In this document: positions 54,313 through 64,000 of the stretch, in pieces | How positions within the stretch are numbered: the stretch's first letter is position 1 | How the letters are laid out: each line of letters begins with the position of its first letter | NCBI GenBank assembly: GCA_027339965.1 | Contig: DAHWNL010000073.1 | Location: forward strand, 16,177 to 80,176 | Source: Granulicella sp. | Lineage (GTDB): Bacteria; Acidobacteriota; Terriglobia; Terriglobales; Acidobacteriaceae | Direction of reading: 5' to 3' | DNA length: 64,000 nt | Program-made: the position numbers and the translations under genes | Notes under the pieces: generated by a model | Databases searched by the model: none | Told to the model about the DNA's origin: nothing | The model's input: the letters and a program-made list of their open reading frames with translations, nothing else

Positions 54313-55206
54313 GTGCGCCCAACCCAGGGGGATGCTCGCCAAGGGGTCCAGGAGGGCTCGCCGGGACCGGCGGTCGCCCCACGCAGGGAGGAGACTCCCC
54401 TGGAGACCCTCTCTTCGCTTTGCGCCATGCTGGCGGCGTACCTGTTTGTGATCGCCTTCATCGCGCAGAACTTCCAGATCCCCTCGCCATCGATGATTGA
54501 CACCCTGCTGGTGGGCGATCATCTGGTGGTAGACCGCCAGACGCCGTCGCTCTCCAGCCGCTGGACCCCTTTTCTGGCTGCCCGGTCGGTGCGCCGGGGC
54601 GACATCATCGTCTTCTACAAGCCGCACAGCGAGACGCCGGGCCTGATCCTGGTCAAGCGGGCGGTCGCCATCGCCGGTGACCGCATCCATCTGCGGGACG
54701 GGTCGGTTTGGGTGAATGGAGTTCGGCAGGCTGAACCCTATGCCGTGCAACCGGCGGGCAATGACCAGGTTCCCTACCGCGACGACTTTCCTTCCGATCT
54801 ATCGGGAATGAAGCGGTGGGCGTCGAGCGACCTGGCAACGCGGGATCTATGCCAGAACATACAGCCCGTAGACCCCTGCCTGGCCCAGATCGCCATCGAT
54901 GAGCGCGCCTTGAGCTGGGTGCAAGAGATACCGCAGCACCTCCTGGGAGGCGACCTGATCGTGCCGCCTGGGGATGTCTTCGCAATGGGAGATAACCGCG
55001 CTGACAGCCTGGATAGCCGCTTCTGGGGGTTCGTTCCCGAGCAGAACATCCTGGGACGACCGCTGTTTGTCTACTGGTCTTTCCAGGTTCCGCAAAATCA
55101 ACCTGAAACGGCCAGTCTCAGCGGCCAACTTGCCGCCGTGTTTTATGAGGCGCGGCATCTGTGGGATGGAACCCGCTGGAGACGGACCTTTCACGTGGTC
55201 CGTTAA
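54313..55206 (+). CDS. lepB: Signal peptidase I (copy 2)
   Basis: IPSPSMIDTL, VKRAVA, GDNRADSLDSRFWG. Confidence 0.93.
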   Translation: MRPTQGDARQGVQEGSPGPAVAPRREETPLETLSSLCAMLAAYLFVIAFIAQNFQIPSPSMIDTLLVGDHLVVDRQTPSLSSRWTPFLAARSVRRGDIIVFYKPHSETPGLILVKRAVAIAGDRIHLRDGSVWVNGVRQAEPYAVQPAGNDQVPYRDDFPSDLSGMKRWASSDLATRDLCQNIQPVDPCLAQIAIDERALSWVQEIPQHLLGGDLIVPPGDVFAMGDNRADSLDSRFWGFVPEQNILGRPLFVYWSFQVPQNQPETASLSGQLAAVFYEARHLWDGTRWRRTFHVVR

Positions 55207-55503
55207 GGCTGCTTTTCGTGTGGTCGCATGCCCTCGCCTTCGCCTCTGCGGGCGTCTCCCCCCAACGCCCTGAAGTCCATCCCAGGGGATAGGCCACAGG
55301 ATCGCGAGGAGAGCCGGGCTGTCCGGCACCGAAATCGAAGCGGCGCAGGCCGTCTGGCGCTGGCGGCGATCTTCTCGCGAGCCTTACGCGCTCTGGGCCG
55401 CCTTGCCGGTTCCGGGAGACGTCCGACCGGAGATTGCGCTACACTCGCAGTTTCTCAGCAAGGTACACTGGCTATGCTCCCGGCGTTGGAAGATTGAATC
55501 GGG

Positions 55504-56358
55504 TTGGGCGGATCGAACCGGCGTACAAGGGGCCAGGAGAGCAATTCTTTGAGCAGCGAGACGGCGGCCCAGACGATGGCGGAGAGAATCCCGGCGAACC
55601 AGGAGGTAGCGGAGACGCCGTTGGAGGCGCTGGCCTCGATATGCACGATCCTTGCGGTCGGCCTCTTCGTCTTCGCTTTTGTCTTTCAAAACTTCGAGAT
55701 TCCCTCTGGATCGATGGAGAACACGCTGCTGATCGGAGATCATGTCGTGGTGGATCGAGAGACGCTCTCGCCGCCCACGCAATGGGCTCCGTTCGTGCAT
55801 TACCGTCCCGTGCGGCGGGGTGACGTGATCGTGTTCATGAAGCCCAATCCAGAGACCCCGGACCTGATTCTGGTGAAGCGGGCCATCGCTCTCCCCGGCG
55901 ACCGCATCCATCTGCGCCATGGGGTGGTCTACATCAACGGTGTGGCGCAGAAGGAGCCGTACGCCCTGCAGCCCAGCGACGACGGCAATCCCAACCACGC
56001 CTATGAGCCGTTTCGCGACGACTTTCCTTCGGTAACTCCGGGGCCGGATGAGCAGGTCACCGAGTTGTGGCGGGAGGAGTTGCCCGAACACATTCAGGGG
56101 GATGACCTGGTGGTGCCTCCAGGACATGTCTTCGCCATGGGGGACAACCGCACCGAGAGTCTGGACGGACGTTATTGGGGATTTGTGCCGGAGAAGAACA
56201 TTCTGGGGCGGCCATTGTTCGTTTATTGGTCGTTCAAAACCCCTGCCGACCAGGAAGACAAGACCTCCGTCGGCGATCGGGTCAGCTTTATGTTCCATGT
56301 CCTCACGCACATCTTTACGGACACGCGCTGGAGCCGGACCTTCCACGTCATACGGTGA
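55504..56358 (+). CDS. lepB: Signal peptidase I (copy 3)
   Basis: IPSGSMENTL, VKRAIA, GDNRTESLDGRYWG; start uncertain. Confidence 0.93.
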   Translation: MGGSNRRTRGQESNSLSSETAAQTMAERIPANQEVAETPLEALASICTILAVGLFVFAFVFQNFEIPSGSMENTLLIGDHVVVDRETLSPPTQWAPFVHYRPVRRGDVIVFMKPNPETPDLILVKRAIALPGDRIHLRHGVVYINGVAQKEPYALQPSDDGNPNHAYEPFRDDFPSVTPGPDEQVTELWREELPEHIQGDDLVVPPGHVFAMGDNRTESLDGRYWGFVPEKNILGRPLFVYWSFKTPADQEDKTSVGDRVSFMFHVLTHIFTDTRWSRTFHVIR

Positions 56359-56379
56359 ACCGGCAGGCATGCGAGGGCG

Positions 56380-58167
56380 ATGACAAAAAGTTCGGTGGAA
56401 GCCGCAGGCGGCTTGAGCACAGAGGGTACGAACGAGACGTTGCCGGCAACTCACGCCCAGCCGGGGAAGACCCGGGGGCGGAGGTGGGTTTGGTTGTGCG
56501 CTTTCCTTGCCGTGCTTCTGCTGGTCTTGACCCCCCCGATGATCAACGTCAACCGGCTACGGCGGCGCATTGCGGAGAGTATCGGCCGCAGCCTGGGACG
56601 CCCCGTGCATCTAGACGGCGTTACCCTGCATCTGCTGCCTGTGCCCGGTTTTTCGTTGCAGAATCTGGTGGTCAGCGAAGATCCGGCGTTTGGGGCCGAA
56701 CCGACCATACGCGCCAATACGGTGGATGTGACGCTGCGCCCCAGTTCGCTGTGGCGGCGGCACGTGGAGTTTTCCAGCATCTCGTTTGACTCCCCCAGCG
56801 TCAATCTGGTGCGCAATGCGCAGGGACAGTGGAACCTCCAGAGCCTGCTGATGCATGCGGCTCAGGTCAACTCGGCCCCCACCGCGCAACGCAAGGCGGG
56901 GCCAGAGCCCCGATTCCCGTATATCGAAGCCAGCGGGGCGCGCATGAACCTGAAGCTGGGAGCGGAGAAGACGCCGTTCTCGCTCACCGATGCCGACTTC
57001 GCGCTTTGGCTCAGCTCGCCCCAACAGTGGCGCGTGCGCATCCAGGGCACTCCCACCCGCACCGACAGAAACATCTCGGACCCGGGAACCATCAAGCTGG
57101 AGGGTTCCTTGCGGCGCGCCTCCACCATGGCCCAGGTTCCCCTGGACCTGACGATGAGCTGGGAGGGAGCGCCCTTGGGCGAGGCCAGCGTCCTGTTGTC
57201 CGGCGCCGATGCCGGCTGGAGGGGAAATTTAAGTGTGGCGGCGTCTCTCTCCGGAGCCCTGAGCGCAGCCAGACTCAGCACGGCCATTCATCTGGAAGAT
57301 CTGCGCAGAGCGGACTTTGTCCCCGTAGAGACCCTCGATGTGCAGGCAGACTGCGCGGGGAGCCTCGACATCACTACGGCCGTCTTGCATCTGCCCACCT
57401 GCAGCGTGCCCACCCCACGGCTGGAGGGAGCCAGAACCCAGGGCCGGGTGATGGTTGGAGCAGCCAGCCTGAGCCTGGAGCCGCTCGACCTGCGTCGTGC
57501 CGTCAACCCGCGCCTGGTGATGGAGGGGGTCCCGAGTGCATGGCTGCTGGACTGGGCGAGGCTTTTCTCCCAAAGAATACCCCCTGGAGAACGGCCGGGG
57601 GGTGCGATGGCCGGAAGCATCCTGCGGGCTGCGGTGCAACCGAAGGCCCGCGCAGGAGTGCGGGACGGAGACGCCGTCAGCCGGAAGCGCCGGCGGCAAA
57701 CCGGCCGGCAAGGAGCCGGTTCCAGCCAATGGCAAGGAACTTTGCTGGATCAGATCGTGGGCGTGCTACCTTGGAAGGGGGCCAGGAGCGATCAGGCTGT
57801 CCATCCGGCCACCTGGACAGCCGAGACCGTCGAGCCCCAGGGGACAGCTGCTTTGGTGCTGTCTCCCATGGCGCTCACCCCGCCCGGCAGGACGCTCCCG
57901 CTGCTGTTGAGTGGAGCCGTCACCCGGAGTGGCTACGCGCTGACGCTGACCGGGACTGTGACCGGAGCCGAGCTGACCGCCCTGCGCGCTCTAGTTCCTC
58001 CTTTGGGAGACGGGCTTCCCGAGGCGCTGAGCGAACCTCCGGCCAAAGGGGCTGGCCCCGCCGCGCGAGCGTTCAAGATGGATGTCACCTGCCGGCGCCC
58101 CTGGGGCGGGGCGCAGACCTGCTCGACGAACCGGCTGAAAGCGGCACGGCGGAGACGGCGATCGTGA
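56380..58167 (+). CDS. AsmA-family protein
   Basis: TM followed by SLGRPV......LLP.PG...LVVSEDP, P.VNLVRNAQG.WNL. Confidence 0.8.
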   Translation: MTKSSVEAAGGLSTEGTNETLPATHAQPGKTRGRRWVWLCAFLAVLLLVLTPPMINVNRLRRRIAESIGRSLGRPVHLDGVTLHLLPVPGFSLQNLVVSEDPAFGAEPTIRANTVDVTLRPSSLWRRHVEFSSISFDSPSVNLVRNAQGQWNLQSLLMHAAQVNSAPTAQRKAGPEPRFPYIEASGARMNLKLGAEKTPFSLTDADFALWLSSPQQWRVRIQGTPTRTDRNISDPGTIKLEGSLRRASTMAQVPLDLTMSWEGAPLGEASVLLSGADAGWRGNLSVAASLSGALSAARLSTAIHLEDLRRADFVPVETLDVQADCAGSLDITTAVLHLPTCSVPTPRLEGARTQGRVMVGAASLSLEPLDLRRAVNPRLVMEGVPSAWLLDWARLFSQRIPPGERPGGAMAGSILRAAVQPKARAGVRDGDAVSRKRRRQTGRQGAGSSQWQGTLLDQIVGVLPWKGARSDQAVHPATWTAETVEPQGTAALVLSPMALTPPGRTLPLLLSGAVTRSGYALTLTGTVTGAELTALRALVPPLGDGLPEALSEPPAKGAGPAARAFKMDVTCRRPWGGAQTCSTNRLKAARRRRRS

Positions 58168-58615
58168 GGTATGGCCGTTCGGTCCGCTTGGCTGGCCCTT
58201 GGCCTGGAGCCCGTTGTTCTTGACGGCGCCCTTCGCCTCCGGTATTCTGAAAACTCGCGCAGTCTCGCGTCTGCACCGTCGTGCGCTCGATTTTCGGGCG
58301 ATGAAGAAGTTGGCAGAAGCCAGACACCGAGGTGAGTCCACTCGATGCGGGGCAAGCTGAGACCTTTTCGGGCAGCCTGTCGTCCCATCGCAGCGCGCCC
58401 ACTCCCCAGCTTCCTGTTGTCTGTTCCCGTAGCCTGTCCGGCCGTCGGTTCCAGACCCCCGGGGCTCTGTGCGCTCAACCGCAACTCTGGCTTTGGTCTG
58501 CGTGGAGAGGGTCTCCGCGCCGTTCTTTGCCGCAAAACTCATGGCTGCAACTCTCTTCGCGCTTCAAGCCGGGCAGTCGGATCGACGAAGACGGCAGAAC
58601 CAAGGAGCAACTTTG

Positions 58616-59062
58616 ATGAATCTCAATCGGACGACAACAATCCCCAGCGGCAAGGACATCCAGCGCAAGTGGTTTGTGGTCGACGCCAGCGGTCAGACGC
58701 TGGGCCGTCTCGCCTCCCACGCCGCCGGCGTTCTGGCCGGCAAGCTGAACCCGCTTTATACGCCCTACCTTGATATGGGCGATCATGTCATCGTCGTCAA
58801 CGCCGAAAAGATCCGCGTCACCGGCATGAAGGCAGAGAACAAGCTCTACCGGCGATACACCGGCTTCCTGGGTGGCCTGCGTGAAGAGAGCTTTAGCAAG
58901 CTGCTGGCGCGCCGCCCGGAGAAGATTGTGGAAGAAGCGATCAAAGGCATGCTGCCCAAGGGCAAGCTGGGCCGCCAGATGGCTACCAAGTTGAAGGTAT
59001 ACAAGGGTGCCGGCCATCCCCATCGCGCACAGCAGCCGGTGGCTCTGGAAGTTCGTGGTTAG
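58616..59062 (+). CDS. rplM: 50S ribosomal protein L13
   Basis: [35 protein letters not shown]. Confidence 0.98.
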   Translation: MNLNRTTTIPSGKDIQRKWFVVDASGQTLGRLASHAAGVLAGKLNPLYTPYLDMGDHVIVVNAEKIRVTGMKAENKLYRRYTGFLGGLREESFSKLLARRPEKIVEEAIKGMLPKGKLGRQMATKLKVYKGAGHPHRAQQPVALEVRG

Positions 59063-59179
59063 GCTTTTGCGGCGCATGCCGGCCGCGGCGAGGCCGATCG
59101 GGATGGCACCGCCAGGCCGATCGGAAACGCCAAGCGAAGCGGATTGTGATTTTCAACAGGATTGAGGACTCGAGGACCC

Positions 59180-59575
59180 ATGGCAGACCTGATTCAGTAT
59201 TACGGAACCGGACGGCGCAAGAGCGCCATCGCGCGCGTCTTTCTTCGCCCCGGTTCGGGTAAGTTTACGGTGAACGGCAGGGAGTTTGAGCAGTATTTTG
59301 TGACGCCGGCGCAACGCGCCGCAGCCCGGCTTCCCTTTGGCATCGCCGACATCAACGAGACCTTCGACGTGGTCACCACAGTCAAGGGCGGTGGCGTGAA
59401 CGGCCAGGCCGACGCTGTCAAGCTGGGCATCGCGCGGGCGCTGATGGAGTTCAATGAAGAGTTGCGCAAACCCCTGAAGACGGGTGGGATGGTCACACGC
59501 GACTCACGCGGCAAGGAACGCAAGAAGTACGGCCAGAGAGGCGCTCGCGCTCGCTTCCAGTTCAGCAAGCGCTAG
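59180..59575 (+). CDS. rpsI: 30S ribosomal protein S9
   Basis: [13 protein letters not shown] ... [10 protein letters not shown]. Confidence 0.98.
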   Translation: MADLIQYYGTGRRKSAIARVFLRPGSGKFTVNGREFEQYFVTPAQRAAARLPFGIADINETFDVVTTVKGGGVNGQADAVKLGIARALMEFNEELRKPLKTGGMVTRDSRGKERKKYGQRGARARFQFSKR

Positions 59576-59992
59576 AGATCTTTCCGTGCGGTGTAGACCG
59601 GTGCCCCGGCTTCGGAGACTCCATCGGCACGGAAAAGCCATGAATCGCTGATGGGCTCGCCGCAGTTCTGCGGGTCCGGCAGGGCCATCCCGGCAGCGTT
59701 GGGCTCTCGCCACTATCCGGCGAGCTCCAGCTCGGGACCCGTTTTTGTGGAACTGAGGTTTTGGTTCGACCCTTCACGTTCGCTTCACCCACCGGCAGCG
59801 CGCTGGTGGCCGGAACTCAATCTCCCTTCGGGGATCTCAATCGCTTCAAGAAACAACATTCAGCCACGGCGTCATGCTTTGCCAGGACGCCGCCCACCCG
59901 ACCGGATGGGATGCGGGATGCTTGGCGGGTTCACCGGCGTTTTCCGGTTGACCTGGGAAACCGGAAGCGATGCCAACCACAAGGAGCCTTTT

Positions 59993-60922
59993 ATGGCCAG
60001 CATTACGATGAAGGAACTGCTCGAAGCCGGTGTCCATTTTGGCCACCAGACCAAGCGCTGGAACCCCAAGATGAAGGAGTACATCTTCGGCGAGCGCAAT
60101 GGAATCTACATCATCGACCTGCAGAAGACGCTGAAGATGTTCAAGGAAGCGTCCAAGTTCGTCACCGATCTGACCTCGACTGGAAAGCTGATTCTGTTTG
60201 TGGGCACCAAACGGCAGGCGCAGGACGCCGTTGCCGAAGAGGCCAAGCGCGCCGGCATGCCTTACATCAACAGCCGCTGGCTGGGTGGCCTGCTCACCAA
60301 CTGGGTCACCGTACAAAAGTCGGTCAAGCGCCTGGCGGAGCTGGACGAAATGTCTACCGATGGCCGCTATGAGCTGCTGACCAAGAAGGAGGTCATCAAG
60401 CTGGAGCGGGAGCGCAAGAGCCTGTCGACCAATCTTGCCGGCATCAAGAATATGAAGCGTCTGCCCGATGCGATCTTTGTCATCGACTCTAACAACGAGG
60501 CGATTGCCGTGGCCGAGGCGCGCAAGCTGGGTATCCCGGTGGTAGCGGTGGTGGATACCAACTGCGATCCGACCGTGGTGGACTACGTCATCCCCGGCAA
60601 CGACGACGCGCTGCGCGCCATTCGCCTGTTCACCACCAAGATTGCGGATGCCGCCTATGAGGGAACGCAGTTGATCTCCGACAAGGCATTCTCCGAGGAG
60701 TATGCCGAGGTACGGCCGCTGGAGAGCGAGTCTCAGTTCATCGGCGAGGACGGCGAGGAGATGTTTGCCGTGCATGCCTCCGCCGGCGCCGCCGAGGCGT
60801 CCGTGGAAGACGTTGAGGATGAGAACATCGACATGAACGCCGCCCTCGGCGGCGGCATTCGTAAGGCGCCCGCCGCTGCGGACGCCGAGTCAGACAGCGA
60901 AACCGCCCAGGTAAGCGCCTGA
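59993..60922 (+). CDS. rpsB: 30S ribosomal protein S2
   Basis: [39 protein letters not shown]. Confidence 0.99.
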   Translation: MASITMKELLEAGVHFGHQTKRWNPKMKEYIFGERNGIYIIDLQKTLKMFKEASKFVTDLTSTGKLILFVGTKRQAQDAVAEEAKRAGMPYINSRWLGGLLTNWVTVQKSVKRLAELDEMSTDGRYELLTKKEVIKLERERKSLSTNLAGIKNMKRLPDAIFVIDSNNEAIAVAEARKLGIPVVAVVDTNCDPTVVDYVIPGNDDALRAIRLFTTKIADAAYEGTQLISDKAFSEEYAEVRPLESESQFIGEDGEEMFAVHASAGAAEASVEDVEDENIDMNAALGGGIRKAPAAADAESDSETAQVSA

Positions 60923-61074
60923 GCCACAAGCCGCGCGGGCGTGGCAAGGGCCTTAAAGCCACTGCCGAGCCGGAAGAAAGAACAAAAGCGGCGCGGGCTC
61001 GGCTCCCGCGCCCTCTTCGTCAGAGCGCATGAGCTCTTCGTCCCTCCACCGCCAGAAACCAGGAAGGAAAGGTT

Positions 61075-61740
61075 ATGTCTACCACTGAAGCTGTCAAGAT
61101 CGACGTCAAACTCGTCAAGGAACTCCGTGAGAAGTCTGGCGCCCCCATGGGAGATTGCCTCAAGGCATTGCAGGAGGCCAAGGGCGATATGGAAGAGGCC
61201 TTCGTTGTGCTGCGCAAGCGCGGCATGGCGTCAGCGGCCAAGAAGGCCAGCCGCACCACCAACGAGGGAGCGGTCGGCTCCTATATTCACGCCGGCGGCA
61301 AGATCGGCGTCCTGCTGGAACTCAACTGCGAGTCGGACTTTGTCGCCCGCACGGAGGACTTTCAGAATCTGCTCAAGGACATCGCCATGCATATCGCCGC
61401 CGTCGATCCCCGTTATCTGGGCAAGGACGAGGTGACCGCCGCGGATATCGAGCGCGAGAAGGAGATCTATCGCGCCCAGGCCGCGGCCACCGGCAAGCCA
61501 GCCAACATCATTGAAAAGATGCTGGAGGGCAAGATGGCAAAGTTCTATGAGGAGGTCTGCCTGCTGGAGCAGCCCTTCATCAAGGATCAGGGCCTGACCG
61601 TCGCCCAGTTGATCGCTCAGAAGGTCGCCAAGCTGGGCGAGAACATCAGCGTGCGCCGCTTTGCCCGCTTCAAGATCGGCGAACCCACTTTCACCGTTGC
61701 CGCGGCCAAGACGGTGGTGGTGGCCGAGCCGACAGCCTAG
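61075..61740 (+). CDS. tsf: Elongation factor Ts (short form)
   Basis: VKELREKSGA...C.KAL, ELNCESDFVA, LLEQPFIKD. Confidence 0.98.
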   Translation: MSTTEAVKIDVKLVKELREKSGAPMGDCLKALQEAKGDMEEAFVVLRKRGMASAAKKASRTTNEGAVGSYIHAGGKIGVLLELNCESDFVARTEDFQNLLKDIAMHIAAVDPRYLGKDEVTAADIEREKEIYRAQAAATGKPANIIEKMLEGKMAKFYEEVCLLEQPFIKDQGLTVAQLIAQKVAKLGENISVRRFARFKIGEPTFTVAAAKTVVVAEPTA

Positions 61741-61939
61741 CCCCGGTAGCGTCGTCATCGTTCATCACGGGCCGGGAGAAGATCCCCGGCCTGGGGCGCA
61801 ACTCGATCGATTTGGCTGCACCCTGCCGGCTCGATCGCACTTTCAGGGTTGTTGGGCATCCCGAAGAGGGCTTGCGGTGGCGCTTCCATTCCGCCCCAGC
61901 GGGCAGGCCTGCAAGGGCCCCGGTAGTAGGGGAGGACGC

Positions 61940-62329
61940 TCCGGATTTCTTTATGCCATACTCGCCTGACAAATAGTCGTTGAGTTCCGTTTCAAGATCG
62001 AGGAACCGTCTACGAAGTTCGGCTTTGTCTTCGTGTGTCACGGTTCCGTCGAGTTGCGTTTGCTGCTTCCGGAAGACTTCAACGGCGGCATCCAGTGTTT
62101 TGGCCTTATCTTCAATGCGGCTCATGGCATCGCCGAAATCATACTTTGAGCCAACCGCTTTCTGAACGCCTTCGTAGCGAGCATAGCCGACGAGTGTGTT
62201 GCCAGCACGGATATTGAAGTCAATATCAGGCAGCGGCGATCGCCCTTGACGTCAACTCCGCCACCGCTCCAGCTTCCGATGAACCCGCCGCAACCCGCCA
62301 GGAATCTGGTCTTCCGTAAGCTTGGCCAT
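61940..62329 (-). pseudogene. Chimeric remnant: IS66-associated-like ORF N-terminus joined in frame to an internal fragment of an Eco57I-like type IIG restriction-modification enzyme
   Basis: MAKLTEDQIPGGLRRVHRKLERWRS*RQGRSPLP, then PLPDIDFNIRAGNTLVGY...LETELNDYLSGEYG. Confidence 0.6.
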
Positions 62330-62649
62330 GTCGGCGCTCCTTGCCCTTGTCCGGCCCTCCTCCGACACTACCAACCTCCCTCTACGCCGTCACGCAGCCT
62401 TGCCGAAAAGACACGGTGATTCTATTCACTTTGCACCTGCGCTGACCTCGCGGATCAGCTATGGCGCAAAGTTAAGATCGGTCTTCCGGTCGCGTCCAAT
62501 GAATTCCAGGGAAACCGTTATGCCTCGGAGGCATAACGGTCACCGTCTGCTCGTGGTCTTTGCCTAATTTCCCATCAGCGTGTGTTCCACTTGGCGTCAA
62601 TAAGTGACTCGGCGATTTAGAATAAATCAAGAAGTCCGAGTGAGAAGCG

Positions 62650-63501
62650 ATGGGAGAAGGTTTGACGATGCGGGTCACATTCGATACCAATGTCTGGAAC
62701 AGAATGGTCTTCCCAGAGCGCTATTCGAATCGCCACAATTGCCTCGCGCTGGCCAAGATCAAGGACGCTATTAGGAGCGGGCGGGTGCACGGCTTCATAA
62801 GCGAGGGATTTGCGACCGTCGAAGCCATCAAGAAACAGGACCGGGCATTGTTTCATGTTCAAAATGTCCCTGAGGTGAAAGTGACGCACAAGTCCTTCGG
62901 CCCGGGCCTACACTGTCTTAAGATCGAAATCGAGGCGAAGCGTGATCTGCATCCTGGCTTAACGCCGGAGTTTGAAGAAGAACTCAAGGAGGCTTTGGCG
63001 ATTGGAATGAAGTTACTGACAACGCCTTACATAGGCCTACCTGTTCCGAATCGGCTTCGAGATAATCCAGGCATCTATGCTCAAGAGATTTTCGCAACCT
63101 CTGACTACAACGAACGATTTGGCGAGGTTGTAGGCACCATCAATGATCGTGGTGTTGGTGGGGGAACTCTGCCAGCTTTAGCGAAAAAGCTTACGACAGA
63201 TTTGGATGGCCCTCGCCCCGATTGGATGACGGATCGTGACCTCATTTATCGCGTCTATGTTTACGCCTGCAAATCAGGACTCAGCGATTACAAAGAGCAA
63301 ATCGAGAAGGCCTTTGCGGAATCGGCAGACGGAGATCTGGTAGCTGCCCATATCGCTTTCAGCAATGACTACCTTTGTACTGAAGATCGCGGCAAATCCG
63401 CACTATCTTCTTCCATATTCGACGCGAACAATCGTGCGTGGCTGAATTCAAGGTACGGAACTGAGCTCCTGAACGCTCAGCAGTTAGCGAATCTTCTATA
63501 A
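62650..63501 (+). CDS. Hypothetical protein, possible PIN-like nuclease fold
   Basis: VTFDTNVW, ATVEAI, ADGDLVAAH, DYLCTED; lower GC than the backbone. Confidence 0.65.
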   Translation: MGEGLTMRVTFDTNVWNRMVFPERYSNRHNCLALAKIKDAIRSGRVHGFISEGFATVEAIKKQDRALFHVQNVPEVKVTHKSFGPGLHCLKIEIEAKRDLHPGLTPEFEEELKEALAIGMKLLTTPYIGLPVPNRLRDNPGIYAQEIFATSDYNERFGEVVGTINDRGVGGGTLPALAKKLTTDLDGPRPDWMTDRDLIYRVYVYACKSGLSDYKEQIEKAFAESADGDLVAAHIAFSNDYLCTEDRGKSALSSSIFDANNRAWLNSRYGTELLNAQQLANLL

Positions 63502-63697
63502 CCATCAAGGCCATCATCACCGGTAATTCGACCGGTCCCCACAAGTCGTCCTGTCTTGTGCCGTTCAGACAGTCCGAACCTCAACTGTTGCCACTAGGGC
63601 TTACCACGTTTCCAGCCGCCGGCCGACTGGGAACGCGGTTTGACGATGATGCGCCAATTGATATTGCGCGCAAGATCATAGAAGCGCACGGGAGCAC

Positions 63698-63860
63698 TCA
63701 CAGTCCAGTCATTTTCAAGACAGCTTCCGGGAGGCGGGCTCCCTGAAGATTCAGCCTGGAAGCAACTTCATCGATGTGCTTGAGACCGTTCTCAGTGAAT
63801 TCCACGGTCACTGAGCCGAGATTTTCCTTCAGGCGATGCAGCTTGGTCGCTCCAGGAATC
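63698..63860 (-). pseudogene. C-terminal fragment of an aldo/keto reductase
   Basis: IPGATKLHRLKENLG...QGARLPE with no upstream AKR body. Confidence 0.7.
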
Positions 63861-64000
63861 GTGAGCTTTCGGTAAGCCTGCGTAACTGAGGCTGCGACCA
63901 CTTTTTCTTAGGTGGAAAGGCGAGGGTGCGGCGCACGGAAGCGCGGGCGATGGTCAGTTGGCAGTCGATCGAGGATTGGCTGAGGTCGGAGCGACGGAGT

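Noticed and set aside
58469..59992. N-terminal extensions of RplM and RpsB given by the ORF track
   Set aside because: The real starts, with AAGGAG RBSs, are at 58616 and 59993. The upstream sequence is leader that happens to be open.
62252..62254. In-frame TGA as a recoding site
   Set aside because: It lies in a chimeric remnant with no redox motif; a nonsense mutation is the simpler explanation.

Overview
The window comes from a GC-rich bacterium, most likely Acidobacteriota, judged from the ribosomal proteins and gene style. Bases 1-~48,410 are the right part of a large integrative conjugative element (ICE) inserted at tRNA-Ala(GGC) (48335-48410). Its other end is not in the window. The ICE carries a tyrosine integrase and excisionase, a divergent type IV secretion system (T4SS) in two blocks, a VirD4 coupling protein and a MOBC-like relaxase. 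A minus-strand leading-type region encodes an AEP primase, SSB, RNase H, a Rad52 annealase, a DNA methyltransferase, a SNF2-like helicase, a stand-alone NrdJ C-terminal domain, a PRTRC ubiquitin-like module and two VapBC pairs. The most striking finding is an ~808-aa single-subunit two-barrel RNA polymerase (cellular RdRP/YonO-like, catalytic GGDFDFD) embedded in the transfer operon behind a highly structured 200-bp spacer. Second, four 57-bp palindromic direct repeats bracket cargo genes like a cassette array between the two T4SS blocks. There are also pilin-like genes built from 1, 3 and 2 copies of one repeat. Bases 48.7-61.7 kb are host backbone: ECF sigma/anti-sigma, a TPR protein, rnc, three lepB, an AsmA-family gene, rplM, rpsI, rpsB and tsf. 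Pseudogene debris and a PIN-like gene follow. All family calls rest on motifs read by eye; no searches were run.
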